Assembly (NCBI GenBank): GCA_903831095.1
Contig: CAIKWD010000026.1
Location: 29,290-93,289 of the forward strand
Reading direction: 5' to 3'
DNA: 64,000 bases
DNA from: Candidatus Staskawiczbacteria bacterium
Lineage (GTDB): Bacteria > Patescibacteriota > Minisyncoccia > Minisyncoccales > Staskawiczbacteraceae
In this document: piece after piece, positions 1 through 8,271 of the stretch
Layout: each line of letters opens with the position of its first letter
Numbering within the stretch: the first letter of the stretch is position 1
The notes under the pieces: model-generated
Seen by the model: only the letters and a program-made list of their open reading frames with translations
Database searches by the model: none
Told to the model about the DNA's origin: nothing
Translations under genes and position numbers: made by a program

Positions 1-475
1 GCAAAAAAACTTTAGCTTCCAATCTTACTCCAGTCAAATCTTCTGGCTGTTTAATTCCTTTTTGGTCGTCAATAACATATTCTCTTGGAAAAACATCAAG
101 CACTTCTTCATTTGAAGGAATATTCACAGCTCTGGTTGCCTGCAAAACTCTTTCTATGTCCTCCTTGGAAATTCTGTTGTCTGCTCTTGAAACTGAAATA
201 ATTCCGTCAGACGGAGTAACATACATATGGCTTCCTCCAATATTAACAAATACAGAGCTAATTTTTCTGTTGCAATCTTTCTCAACTCCAGACATTATCA
301 TCTGCACATTTTTTGCTGTTTCTTCAACGCTCACCACAGCTCCCTTTCTCAACCCAAAAGAAGGAACCTCTGCATACGACAAAACTTCCCAGTCTTTTCC
401 TTTTCTTTGGGCAACTAGCGCCTTAATGCTGTGAGTCCCTATGTCTAAACCTGTAACAATATTTCCTCTGGCCAT
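1..475 (-). CDS. ftsA: Cell division protein FtsA, N-terminal part (partial, runs off the window start)
   Basis: My manual reverse-strand translation from ATG at 475 gives MARGNIVTGLDIGTHSIKALVAQRKG..., an actin-like ATPase N-terminus typical of FtsA. There is no stop before the window edge. Confidence 0.8.
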   Translation of the reverse strand, partial: MARGNIVTGLDIGTHSIKALVAQRKGKDWEVLSYAEVPSFGLRKGAVVSVEETAKNVQMIMSGVEKDCNRKISSVFVNIGGSHMYVTPSDGIISVSRADNRISKEDIERVLQATRAVNIPSNEEVLDVFPREYVIDDQKGIKQPEDLTGVRLEAKVFL

Positions 476-478
476 TTA

Positions 479-931
479 CTATTTTACTTTAGATAAATAT
501 TTGTTTTGTAAATTTTCCATTTCCTCTGCTTCTTTTTCTGTTTTCTCGTCCCGGTTTTGCCGAGGATCCTCGACATAGTCGGGATGGTCATATCCGCATA
601 AGTGCAAAATCCCATGGACAAAAACTTTTATCATTTCACTTTTTACGGTCACCTTATATTTCTTGGCGTTTTCCTTAACTACATCCGGGCAAATAATAAT
701 CTCTCCCAAATAACCTTTTTCTGCACTGTCCTTTAACTCAAAAGAAAGCACATCTGTCGGTTTGTCTTTTCCGCGGAATTTTTTATTAAGCTTTTTTATT
801 TCTGCTTTTCCAACAAAAGCCAGAGACAACGTTTCTGTTACTCTATTTTCGCCTTTTAATACAATTTTTGCAACTGTGGAAAAGTTTTTTTTATCCACAC
901 TATATTTTGTAAGGTTGTTTATCTCTATCAT
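479..931 (-). CDS. ybeY: Endoribonuclease YbeY (rRNA maturation factor)
   Basis: 150 aa with the H-x-x-x-H-x-x-x-x-x-H zinc motif HGILHLCGYDH. It carries a GC-rich palindromic insert at 549-585. Confidence 0.9.
   Translation of the reverse strand: MIEINNLTKYSVDKKNFSTVAKIVLKGENRVTETLSLAFVGKAEIKKLNKKFRGKDKPTDVLSFELKDSAEKGYLGEIIICPDVVKENAKKYKVTVKSEMIKVFVHGILHLCGYDHPDYVEDPRQNRDEKTEKEAEEMENLQNKYLSKVK
549..585. repeat. GC-rich palindromic mini-element, family 2, copy C (in-frame in ybeY; encodes DYVEDPRQNRDE)
   Basis: tcccggttttgccgaggatcctcgacatagtcggga shares the core CGAGGATCCTCGAC and the TCCCG/CGGGA flanks with the copy at 47064-47105. It corresponds to a roughly 13-aa insertion relative to E. 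coli YbeY. Confidence 0.75.
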
Positions 932-1500
932 TTAACAAATTTTATGCTTGAAATAATTTTGCTAGCAACTGTAGAAAGATTGTTTTTAACTGCGCTTTCA
1001 GATTTTTGTTTGTCTTTTAGTGAAATATAAATATACTTGCTTATTCTGTATTCAAAATTTCCATGCAATAACAAAACCTGAGAATTTTCTGAAATTGAAC
1101 TTTCAACCTTGCTCTTAATATTTTCTGGGATACAATTTACTGTAAAATCCAAAATTATTCCGCTGGGCATTTTAGGATCTATATTATTAATATCCTGTCC
1201 ATATTTATGGCTCTCAAATCTAAATACTCCAATCTCTTTTACAGAAGCAGAATTTGACTTATCATTTTGGCAATCTGCAAAAATATTGCTTATTTTATCT
1301 GGCGTATAATAAGTCTTCTCTTGTGCGGTCCAACCTTTTGGAGTTTTCAATTCAAACCCATAATAATTATTCTTAATAAGATAAGCGTGAGTTGTGCTAA
1401 AAATATTTCGCAAAAAAATAAATCCACCAAATAACAAAACCAACACCACAATCGCGCCAATAATTTTTACCTGCATATTTTCTATCTTTGCCATAATCAA
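928..1500 (-). CDS. Hypothetical membrane-anchored protein with an N-terminal TM helix
   Basis: ORF of 190 aa. A hydrophobic N-terminus (IIGAIVVLVLLFGGFIFL) precedes a soluble domain. No recognisable motif. Confidence 0.45.
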   Translation of the reverse strand: MIMAKIENMQVKIIGAIVVLVLLFGGFIFLRNIFSTTHAYLIKNNYYGFELKTPKGWTAQEKTYYTPDKISNIFADCQNDKSNSASVKEIGVFRFESHKYGQDINNIDPKMPSGIILDFTVNCIPENIKSKVESSISENSQVLLLHGNFEYRISKYIYISLKDKQKSESAVKNNLSTVASKIISSIKFVK

Positions 1501-1540
1501 TATATTTATTCATTTTACAACATTTTCCCAATAAAACAAA

Positions 1541-1564
1541 AACCCCGCTAAGCGGGGTTTGTTT
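1541..1564 (-). terminator. Intrinsic terminator hairpin CCCCGCT-A-AGCGGGG with flanking T-run (bidirectional geometry)
   Basis: Perfect 7-bp GC stem at 1543-1557 followed by a T-run on the minus strand, immediately after the yqeY stop. Confidence 0.7.
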
Positions 1565-1569
1565 AAATT

Positions 1570-2037
1570 TTATTTGGATAACAGTTCTTTTACAATCTTG
1601 CTGACTTCTCCGCCGTCAGCCTTTCCTTTAACCTTTGGATTCAGGTCGGCCATTACTTTTCCCATGTCGCGCATTTCTTTAGCTCCAGTTGTAGAAATAG
1701 ATTCTTGCACTAATTTTTTGATATCTTCAACAGATAACTGTTCTGGTAAATATTTCTTTAACACTTCAATTTCCTTTGCTTCCCTTTCTGCCAATTCAGG
1801 CCTATTTCCCTGGGTATACAAAACAATAGCATCTTTCCTCTTTTTAATTTCCGAAGATATAACTTCCAATATTTGCTCGTCTGTCAGCTGGGCTTCTCCC
1901 TCAATCTTTTCTTTATATTTCTTATCTTTTTCTTTGGTTTGTATTGAAGCCAACAGCATGCGCAAAACTCCAAGAACAAACTGTTCTCCAGCTTTTAGTG
2001 CTTCGTTTGATTCTTGTTGGATCTTTTGCTTTAGCAT
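1570..2037 (-). CDS. yqeY: GatB/YqeY domain protein
   Basis: 155 aa with the overall YqeY-like pattern (ALKAGE...LPEQLS...GGEVSKIVKELL). Confidence 0.75.
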   Translation of the reverse strand: MLKQKIQQESNEALKAGEQFVLGVLRMLLASIQTKEKDKKYKEKIEGEAQLTDEQILEVISSEIKKRKDAIVLYTQGNRPELAEREAKEIEVLKKYLPEQLSVEDIKKLVQESISTTGAKEMRDMGKVMADLNPKVKGKADGGEVSKIVKELLSK

Positions 2038-2060
2038 AATAATACCAACTAAGTTAATAT

Positions 2061-2279
2061 TTATTTAGGCTTGGCTAATTTGTCTGCCTTCAACTTTTCT
2101 GCCTTGAATTCAACTCTCTTTAAAGCAGATCTTTTCTTAACCAAATCTGACTTGGCCCTGTTAAAAAATCTTCCTTTTCTCAATTCAAGAAGAATTCCCG
2201 ACTGCCTTACAGTCTTTGTAAACCTATGTCCCAAATTCTGGGAGGTCTCTTTTTCTTTTTTGACTACTTGTACTGGCAT
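2061..2279 (-). CDS. rpsU: 30S ribosomal protein S21
   Basis: 72 aa, basic, MPVQVVKKEKE...ALKRVEFKAEKLKADKLAKPK; matches S21 in length and charge pattern. Confidence 0.8.
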   Translation of the reverse strand: MPVQVVKKEKETSQNLGHRFTKTVRQSGILLELRKGRFFNRAKSDLVKKRSALKRVEFKAEKLKADKLAKPK

Positions 2280-2322
2280 AATTTAATGTTTTACTAATTA
2301 ATTATATATTTTATTATAAAAA

Positions 2323-3609
2323 TTACTTTTTTGAAATTTTTTCTTTCATCTCTTCAACTACTTTGTCTAACTTTATTTCCTTCTGGACTCCTGTTTCCAT
2401 GTCTCTTAAAGTAATAAATTCTTCCAAGGCTTCCTTCTGTCCAAATATCAGAACCCACTTTATATTCATTTTGTTTGCGGTTCTTAACTGAGCTTTCAAG
2501 GAATCTTTGGAAAACGACTCTGCTACTGGAATTTTAGCATCTCTAAATTCTTCAAACAACTTCATACTCTTTCTCTTTGCCATTTGTCCAAGCTGGGCCA
2601 AGAATATTTTTGGCTCTTCCTGTTTTGGACCAGTTTTCATTTCCCTGGTTTTCATCAAACTTATTATTCTTTCCATGCCAGCGGCAGCTCCACAACCTGG
2701 AGTTTCCCTTCCACCCAGCATCTTTGATAGGTTATCATATCTTCCTCCACCAATCAATGTCCCAAGCGATTTTCCATCTTCCGAAGTCTCAACAATTTCA
2801 AAAACAGTTTTTGTATAATAATCCAAACCCCTTACTAAATATGGATTCAAAGTAAAAGGCAATTCCAACTCGTCTAAAAATTCCAAAACTTCTTTAAAGT
2901 GTGCATGGCATTTTTCACAAAGGTGTTCTGTTATCTGCGGAGCGCCTGCTTTCACTCTTTGGCACTTTTCTTCCTTGCAGTCTAAAATTCTCAATGGGTT
3001 TTCTTTCAGCCTTCTCTGGCAATCTGGACACAAAGATGATCTCCTTGATTTAAAATAGCTAGACAAAATCTTTTTAAAATATGGCCTGCATTCAGAATCT
3101 CCAATTGAATTGATTTCAATGGATAAATTCTTGAATCCCAATTCTTTCAAAACGTCATAGCTCATTTGTATGACTTGACTGTCTATAGAAGGATTTTGTT
3201 CACCTATAACTTCAAATCCAAACTGGTGAAACTGTCTAAATCTTCCTGCTTGTGGCCTTTCATACCTAAAAAATGGGCCAATATACCAAAGCTTAACTGG
3301 TTGAGGCAAGTTATGCATTCCATGTTCTAAATAACTTCTCATAACTGGAGCTGTACCTTCTGGCCTTAAAGAAACCAGGTCTCCGCCTTTTGTGCGAAAT
3401 GTGTACATTTCCTTCCCAACAATGTCTGTATCATCTCCAACAGCTTTTTGAAAAACTTCAGCATATTCCAAAATTGGAGTTTCAATTTTCTCAAAACTGT
3501 AATAATTAGCAACTGACTCAACTCCCTTTTGGACCTTTTTAAAATATACCTGGTCTTCAGGAAGTACATCGTGCATTCCGGTTAAGTTTTGAAAATTTAA
3601 TTTTGCCAT
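2323..3609 (-). CDS. hisS: Histidyl-tRNA synthetase
   Basis: 428 aa with class II motifs (LRPEGTAPVMRSY, GGGRYD). The insertion domain contains an unusual Cys cluster. Confidence 0.9.
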   Translation of the reverse strand: MAKLNFQNLTGMHDVLPEDQVYFKKVQKGVESVANYYSFEKIETPILEYAEVFQKAVGDDTDIVGKEMYTFRTKGGDLVSLRPEGTAPVMRSYLEHGMHNLPQPVKLWYIGPFFRYERPQAGRFRQFHQFGFEVIGEQNPSIDSQVIQMSYDVLKELGFKNLSIEINSIGDSECRPYFKKILSSYFKSRRSSLCPDCQRRLKENPLRILDCKEEKCQRVKAGAPQITEHLCEKCHAHFKEVLEFLDELELPFTLNPYLVRGLDYYTKTVFEIVETSEDGKSLGTLIGGGRYDNLSKMLGGRETPGCGAAAGMERIISLMKTREMKTGPKQEEPKIFLAQLGQMAKRKSMKLFEEFRDAKIPVAESFSKDSLKAQLRTANKMNIKWVLIFGQKEALEEFITLRDMETGVQKEIKLDKVVEEMKEKISKK

Positions 3610-3618
3610 ATATTTTTT

Positions 3619-4269
3619 TTAATAACTTGGCCTATTAATTGTGGTTAAATGTGTTAAAGGTAAAAGCCTAATTGAAGCTTTGCCTATAATATTACTTTTA
3701 GATACAACTCCCCATGCTCTAGAGTCGTATGAACCCGTCCTATTGTCGCCCATTACAAAATATTGTCCATCTTTTATAACAGTTACTTCTGGAGTTGTCA
3801 GTAACATGCCTGAACTTGTATATACGTATGTTTTCAAATTAGCTGGCAGATATTTTTCATTCAAAACATTTGTCTTTCCATTTTCAGTTATTTTTACCTG
3901 GCCATTAGCTACTTCTACTGTATCTCCTGGAAGCCCAATTACTCTTTTAATAAATCGCTCTCCAGCAAATGTCTTACCAACAAATCCAGCGTTAAAAACA
4001 ACTACGTCGCCCCTTTCTGGAGCGTTAAATCTGTAGGATATTTCGTCAACAATCAAATAGTCATGATTTTCAAAATTTGGAGACATAGATTCTCCACTTA
4101 CAATAAAAGGCTGAAACAAAAAATAGCGTATTGGCAACACTATTACGGCCGCAATAACAATAATTTTGACCAACTCCCAAATAGTTTGCTTAATTCCCTT
4201 GCTTGCCTGTGCAGGCGGGTTATTTTGCTGATTTTCTGCTGATTTTTCTAAGTTGTTGTTAATCTCCAT
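3619..4269 (-). CDS. lepB: Signal peptidase I (S26 family)
   Basis: 216 aa with an N-terminal TM, the GESMSPNF (Ser box) and GDNRTGSYDSRAWG motifs. Confidence 0.85.
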   Translation of the reverse strand: MEINNNLEKSAENQQNNPPAQASKGIKQTIWELVKIIVIAAVIVLPIRYFLFQPFIVSGESMSPNFENHDYLIVDEISYRFNAPERGDVVVFNAGFVGKTFAGERFIKRVIGLPGDTVEVANGQVKITENGKTNVLNEKYLPANLKTYVYTSSGMLLTTPEVTVIKDGQYFVMGDNRTGSYDSRAWGVVSKSNIIGKASIRLLPLTHLTTINRPSY

Positions 4270-4300
4270 TAAAATGCGATTTATCTAAGTTAATAGCCAT

Positions 4301-4329
4301 ATTTTAGCATACTTTTAAACTATTTGCAA
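4301..4329 (-). promoter_or_regulatory. Sigma70-like promoter TTGCAA-17nt-TAAAAT for lepB (minus strand)
   Basis: A -35 TTGCAA (4324-4329) and -10 TAAAAT (revcomp of 4301-4306) with 17-nt spacing, about 30 nt upstream of the lepB start. Confidence 0.5.
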
Positions 4330-4340
4330 CCCCTTATTTT

Positions 4341-4377
4341 GAAGCAAAAAAAGACCGGGCGTTGTTACACACCCGGG
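4341..4377 (-). terminator. Intrinsic terminator (CCGGG...CCCGG stem plus T-run) downstream of the orphan gene 4399-4857
   Basis: A GC stem 4355-4376 followed on the minus strand by TCTTTTTTTGCTTC. Confidence 0.55.
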
Positions 4378-4398
4378 TTATATGTTAGGAAAATATTA

Positions 4399-4857
4399 TT
4401 AGCAGCCGGCAGGACTGCAAACACCAAAAATAATTTGGCCGGTCCGAATGGCTTCTTCCTGAAGCTTGGTAGGATTATGCCGAATATCCGGTTTGGCATC
4501 TCTTTTTGCCGTGACGTTTGTTCTGTAAAAATGTCCAAACGTTACGTCATCAATAAAGACCCCACATTGCTCAGCGATATCTCGCCTGGCTTCAAGAAAG
4601 CCTTTTGTCGGATCACATTCGGTTATTTTTTCAATGATTGTCTCTTGGACTTCGGGTTGTATAACCCTAGGAGTCCTGAGAACCTGGTCCAGCACTTTGT
4701 CGGAAATTTCGACCCGAAATTCATCTTCGAATAATTTACGCAGTTCCCTATAACCGCGCTTTGAGCTTACAACCACCCCGGTTGTTAAAGCCATCCTCAG
4801 AATGAAATTCTTTTGATCGTTGTTCAATCCACTTGCTGAACCAATAACTGTTGCCAT
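4399..4857 (-). CDS. Hypothetical protein encoded by a compositionally atypical (GC-richer) gene
   Basis: ORF of 152 aa with a GGGAGA SD 7 nt upstream. G+C is visibly higher than its neighbours. It has its own terminator. No recognisable motif. Confidence 0.5.
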   Translation of the reverse strand: MATVIGSASGLNNDQKNFILRMALTTGVVVSSKRGYRELRKLFEDEFRVEISDKVLDQVLRTPRVIQPEVQETIIEKITECDPTKGFLEARRDIAEQCGVFIDDVTFGHFYRTNVTAKRDAKPDIRHNPTKLQEEAIRTGQIIFGVCSPAGC

Positions 4858-5015
4858 AAAAAATCTCCCAATTAAATTTTTTTGTTAAAATTTTCCCCTA
4901 AATTTGAAACGAACAAATCTGTTGATTAGTCTCCTTTCAATACTAAACAACAACAAAAATAACTATATCTTTTTTAAGGCTTACTGTCAAGACCTACACT
5001 TATTCACAAAAGAAA

Positions 5016-5024
5016 TGCTATAAT
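5016..5024 (+). promoter_or_regulatory. Extended -10 promoter element TGCTATAAT upstream of pth
   Basis: A perfect TGnTATAAT 20 nt upstream of the pth ATG, with only a weak -35. Confidence 0.45.
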
Positions 5025-5043
5025 TGTTAAAACAATAAATAAT

Positions 5044-5610
5044 ATGATAATTATCACTGGCCTGGGCAACCCAGGTGAACAATATAAAAATACTCGCCAT
5101 AATGTGGGCTTTATGGCAATTGACGCATTTGCAGGAAAAAATGACTTTCCTGAGTTTAAGCTACAAAAAAAATCCCACTCTCTTGTTTCAGAACATGTAG
5201 TTGATGGCAAACCAGTTTTATTGGCAAAGCCCCAGACTTTTATGAATGAATCTGGCAAAGCTATAAAACAGCTTACTGCGCAAAAAGATTCTGAAGTTAT
5301 TGTTATACATGACGACATTGACTTGCCTTTGGGAAAATTAAAAATAATAAAAGAAAGAGGATCAGCCGGACATAAGGGAGTTGAATCAATAATTAAAAGC
5401 GTTGGCAACGATGGTTTGGTACGGTTTCGCATAGGAATAGGTGCTTTAACTGAAACTCCCAAAGACACTAAAGCCATGGAAATTGTTTTAAAAAGCTTTT
5501 CGTCAGAAGACCAAAAAATAATTGACGAGACAATTAATAAAACTGTTGATGCGCTTGTCCTATATATAATAGAAGGACTTGAAAAAGCAATGAATGAATA
5601 CAACAAGTGA
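5044..5610 (+). CDS. pth: Peptidyl-tRNA hydrolase
   Basis: 188 aa, N-terminus MIIITGLGNPGEQYKNTRHNVGF (Pth signature). Confidence 0.9.
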   Translation: MIIITGLGNPGEQYKNTRHNVGFMAIDAFAGKNDFPEFKLQKKSHSLVSEHVVDGKPVLLAKPQTFMNESGKAIKQLTAQKDSEVIVIHDDIDLPLGKLKIIKERGSAGHKGVESIIKSVGNDGLVRFRIGIGALTETPKDTKAMEIVLKSFSSEDQKIIDETINKTVDALVLYIIEGLEKAMNEYNK

Positions 5611-7600
5611 AGATTTAAATCATCTTTTAATAGTTGGCATTACCCCCTACTTTATAGACAAGCAGGGTGTTTGGTATAATGAAAACCTGCAAAAAATACT
5701 CGATGCCAGGCAGTCTCAACCGTTTTTTGAGGACAATGTCATATATTTGCAAAAAGACCACAGCTTTCAGTTTTCCCAGTTTTTAAGAAAGCTCGACGAA
5801 ATGGGTTACGAAAGAGTAGCTAAAGTTTCAGACCCTGGAGAATTTTCCCAGCGTGGCGGAATAGTAGATGTCTTCCCCATCAACATAAAAAATGCTATTA
5901 GATTGGATTTCTTGGGCAACGAAGTAGACGCCATAAAAGTTTTAGATACAAAAATAGAAAACGAGGAAAAGTCCAAAGAAGTTTTAAGAAAAAAATTAAA
6001 GTCGCAAAAACTTTTTTCAGAATTAAAAGGATTAAAAGCTGGAGATTACCTTGTTCACTTAGACCACGGAATAGCAAAATTTGCCGGCATAGAAGATTTC
6101 CAATTTTCTGTTTCCAAATTCCACGACAGCCCGGAAATGGAAGCTCCAAAAGTTGAAAACAAATATTATGTTTTAGAGTATGACAAAGGCGACAAGCTTT
6201 ATGTTCCAGTTGGATTGGAAAGAAAACTTTCAAGGTATGTTGGTTTTCAAGATCCTAAAGTTTCCAGACTTGGATCAGTTATTTGGCAAAATACCAAGCG
6301 CGCCATAAAAGAAGGAGTTGAAAAACTAGCCAAGGAACTTTTACAGCTTTACGCCCAAAAAGAGGTTGTAGAACGCACTCCATATATAGAAGACAGAGAA
6401 ATAGAAGCTCAACTGAGAGATAGTTTTGCCTATCAGGAAACTCCAGACCAAATGCAGGCTATAGAAGATATCAAACAGGATTTACAAAAAACAAAACCAA
6501 TGGACAGAATTATTTGTGGAGATGTTGGTTTTGGAAAAACAGAAGTAGCAATAAGAACAGCTTTATTGGCTTCCATAAATAATAGACAAACAGCTTTGAT
6601 CTGCCCGACTACAATTTTGGCCAACCAGCATTTTAATTCTTTTAAAAACAGGTTTAACAAGATTCCAATAAGAATTTCTTTGCTTTCAGGATTACAGACA
6701 AAAACCGAACAGAAAAAAATCCTCAACAATTTAAAGGAAGGGAAAATAGATATTTTAATTGGCACACACAGGCTCTTATCTAAAGATGTTGAGTATAAAA
6801 ACCTACAACTGCTTATAATAGATGACGAACAAAAATTTGGAGTAAAACAAAAAGAAAGATTAAGGCAGATAAAAACAAGCTTGGATGTTTTGAGCTTGTC
6901 AGCCACTCCTATACCACGCACAATTTATTTGGCTCTTTCTTCACTCAAAAATATTAGCTTGATGCAAACTCCACCTGTTGGCAGACAAGCCATAAAAACT
7001 GAAGTTTTAGAGTACAGTAATAAAAATATTAAGAAAATAATAAATACTGAGTTAGCCAGACACGGCCAAGTTTATTTCCTACACAATAGAGTCCAAACAA
7101 TAGAAACTAAAGCCGAGGAATTGAAAAAACTTTGTCCAAAAGCAAAACTGGGCGTAATCCATGGTCAAATGCCAGAAAAAAAATTAGTGCAGATAATGGA
7201 TGACTTTCAAAAAGAAAAAATAAATGTTTTATTGGCAACTACAATTATTGAAAACGGACTGGACCACGCAAACGTGAACACAATTATAATAGAAGACGCC
7301 ACCCGCCTTGGACTTTCACAAGCCCACCAAATAAGAGGCAGAGTTGGCAGATCTGGGACAAAGAGTTATGCATATTTTATGTACCAAGAAAAATCTATGA
7401 CACCTTTGGTACAGGAAAGACTAAAAGCTTTAGAAGATATTCAAGAATTGGGAGCAGGATACAGAATCGCCATTAGGGATTTGGAATTGCGTGGAGCTGG
7501 AAACATTTTAGGCAAAGAACAGTCAGGAGCCATAAACAAAATTGGTTTGAACTTGTACAGCCAGATGATCTCTGAAGCCATTGAAAAATTCAAGCAATAA
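5594..7600 (+). CDS. mfd: Transcription-repair coupling factor, compact 668-aa form
   Basis: GEFSQRGGIVDVFP...RLDFLGNEVD (UvrB-homology region), a CarD/RID-like segment, SF2 helicase motifs (GDVGFGKTEVA, LSATPIPRT, QIRGRVGRS) and the TRG motif (LRGAGNILGKEQSG). Confidence 0.8.
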   Translation: MNTTSEDLNHLLIVGITPYFIDKQGVWYNENLQKILDARQSQPFFEDNVIYLQKDHSFQFSQFLRKLDEMGYERVAKVSDPGEFSQRGGIVDVFPINIKNAIRLDFLGNEVDAIKVLDTKIENEEKSKEVLRKKLKSQKLFSELKGLKAGDYLVHLDHGIAKFAGIEDFQFSVSKFHDSPEMEAPKVENKYYVLEYDKGDKLYVPVGLERKLSRYVGFQDPKVSRLGSVIWQNTKRAIKEGVEKLAKELLQLYAQKEVVERTPYIEDREIEAQLRDSFAYQETPDQMQAIEDIKQDLQKTKPMDRIICGDVGFGKTEVAIRTALLASINNRQTALICPTTILANQHFNSFKNRFNKIPIRISLLSGLQTKTEQKKILNNLKEGKIDILIGTHRLLSKDVEYKNLQLLIIDDEQKFGVKQKERLRQIKTSLDVLSLSATPIPRTIYLALSSLKNISLMQTPPVGRQAIKTEVLEYSNKNIKKIINTELARHGQVYFLHNRVQTIETKAEELKKLCPKAKLGVIHGQMPEKKLVQIMDDFQKEKINVLLATTIIENGLDHANVNTIIIEDATRLGLSQAHQIRGRVGRSGTKSYAYFMYQEKSMTPLVQERLKALEDIQELGAGYRIAIRDLELRGAGNILGKEQSGAINKIGLNLYSQMISEAIEKFKQ

Positions 7601-7630
7601 AAAAGGTCAGCCTCTGCCAACCCATTTGTT

Positions 7631-8143
7631 TTATTGCTTTTTTATTTTGGAAGGATCAAAGGTCATAATGGTTAAAGAACTAATGACACATTTCTTTTTT
7701 CCTTTGACATAAGCAGTTATAACACCGCTTTCAATTTTCAAAATGCCCATGGATTCTTCAACCATAACTTCTGTTTTGGTTTTCAATTCCAATTCATCTC
7801 CTGGTTTAGCAAAACCATAGAATGTGGTTTTACCAATATCTCTGGCGATACCTGTTTTGCCAACATAAATTGTTTCAAAAACTGAACTCCTTGCAACCAT
7901 AATTGCAAGTAGCTGAAAAGCTGCTTCAATAATTTCTACCCCGCGCATTACAGGTACATTTGGCAAAGGAGAGTGGTCATCATAATTTCCTTCCGGAACT
8001 ACAAATTTCCCAATAGCGATATTCCCTTCAATTATTGCTTGATCTAGCAACAACATCCTCCCCTTATGAAAAAGAATTTTGTACATTTCTTCTTTTGAGA
8101 TCAACATCATCCCATGCAAAGACCAGTTAATAACCTTCTTCAT
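7631..8143 (-). CDS. Hotdog-fold dehydratase, FabZ-like (3-hydroxyacyl-ACP dehydratase family)
   Basis: 170 aa. DDHSPLPNVPVMRGVEIIEAAFQ matches the FabZ HxxxxPxxPG active-site region. Confidence 0.6.
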   Translation of the reverse strand: MKKVINWSLHGMMLISKEEMYKILFHKGRMLLLDQAIIEGNIAIGKFVVPEGNYDDHSPLPNVPVMRGVEIIEAAFQLLAIMVARSSVFETIYVGKTGIARDIGKTTFYGFAKPGDELELKTKTEVMVEESMGILKIESGVITAYVKGKKKCVISSLTIMTFDPSKIKKQ

Positions 8144-8225
8144 TTTATACCTCCGTATATTATGTTAAGTTGCTGGTTTAAATACTACATTAAAAGCAGT
8201 GAATTTCAATAGTTTTAAATTTTTG

Positions 8226-8234
8226 TGCTATTAT
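8226..8234 (+). promoter_or_regulatory. Extended -10 element TGCTATTAT upstream of topA
   Basis: TGnTATTAT about 37 nt upstream of the topA ATG in a divergent intergenic region. Confidence 0.4.
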
Positions 8235-8271
8235 AAACAAACAATCAATAAAAATAAATAAAAAAATACAA

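Noticed and set aside
1559-2068. Plus-strand 169-aa ORF overlapping yqeY, and similar antisense or in-gene ORFs (for example 5004-5606, 5898-6233, 6433-6921, 8190-8975, 31363-31860, 52671-53111, 56943-57368, 57759-58259)
   Set aside because: Each is entirely contained within and antisense to, or out of frame with, a well-supported conserved gene. They have low-complexity or S/L/F-rich translations typical of shadow frames in AT-rich DNA.
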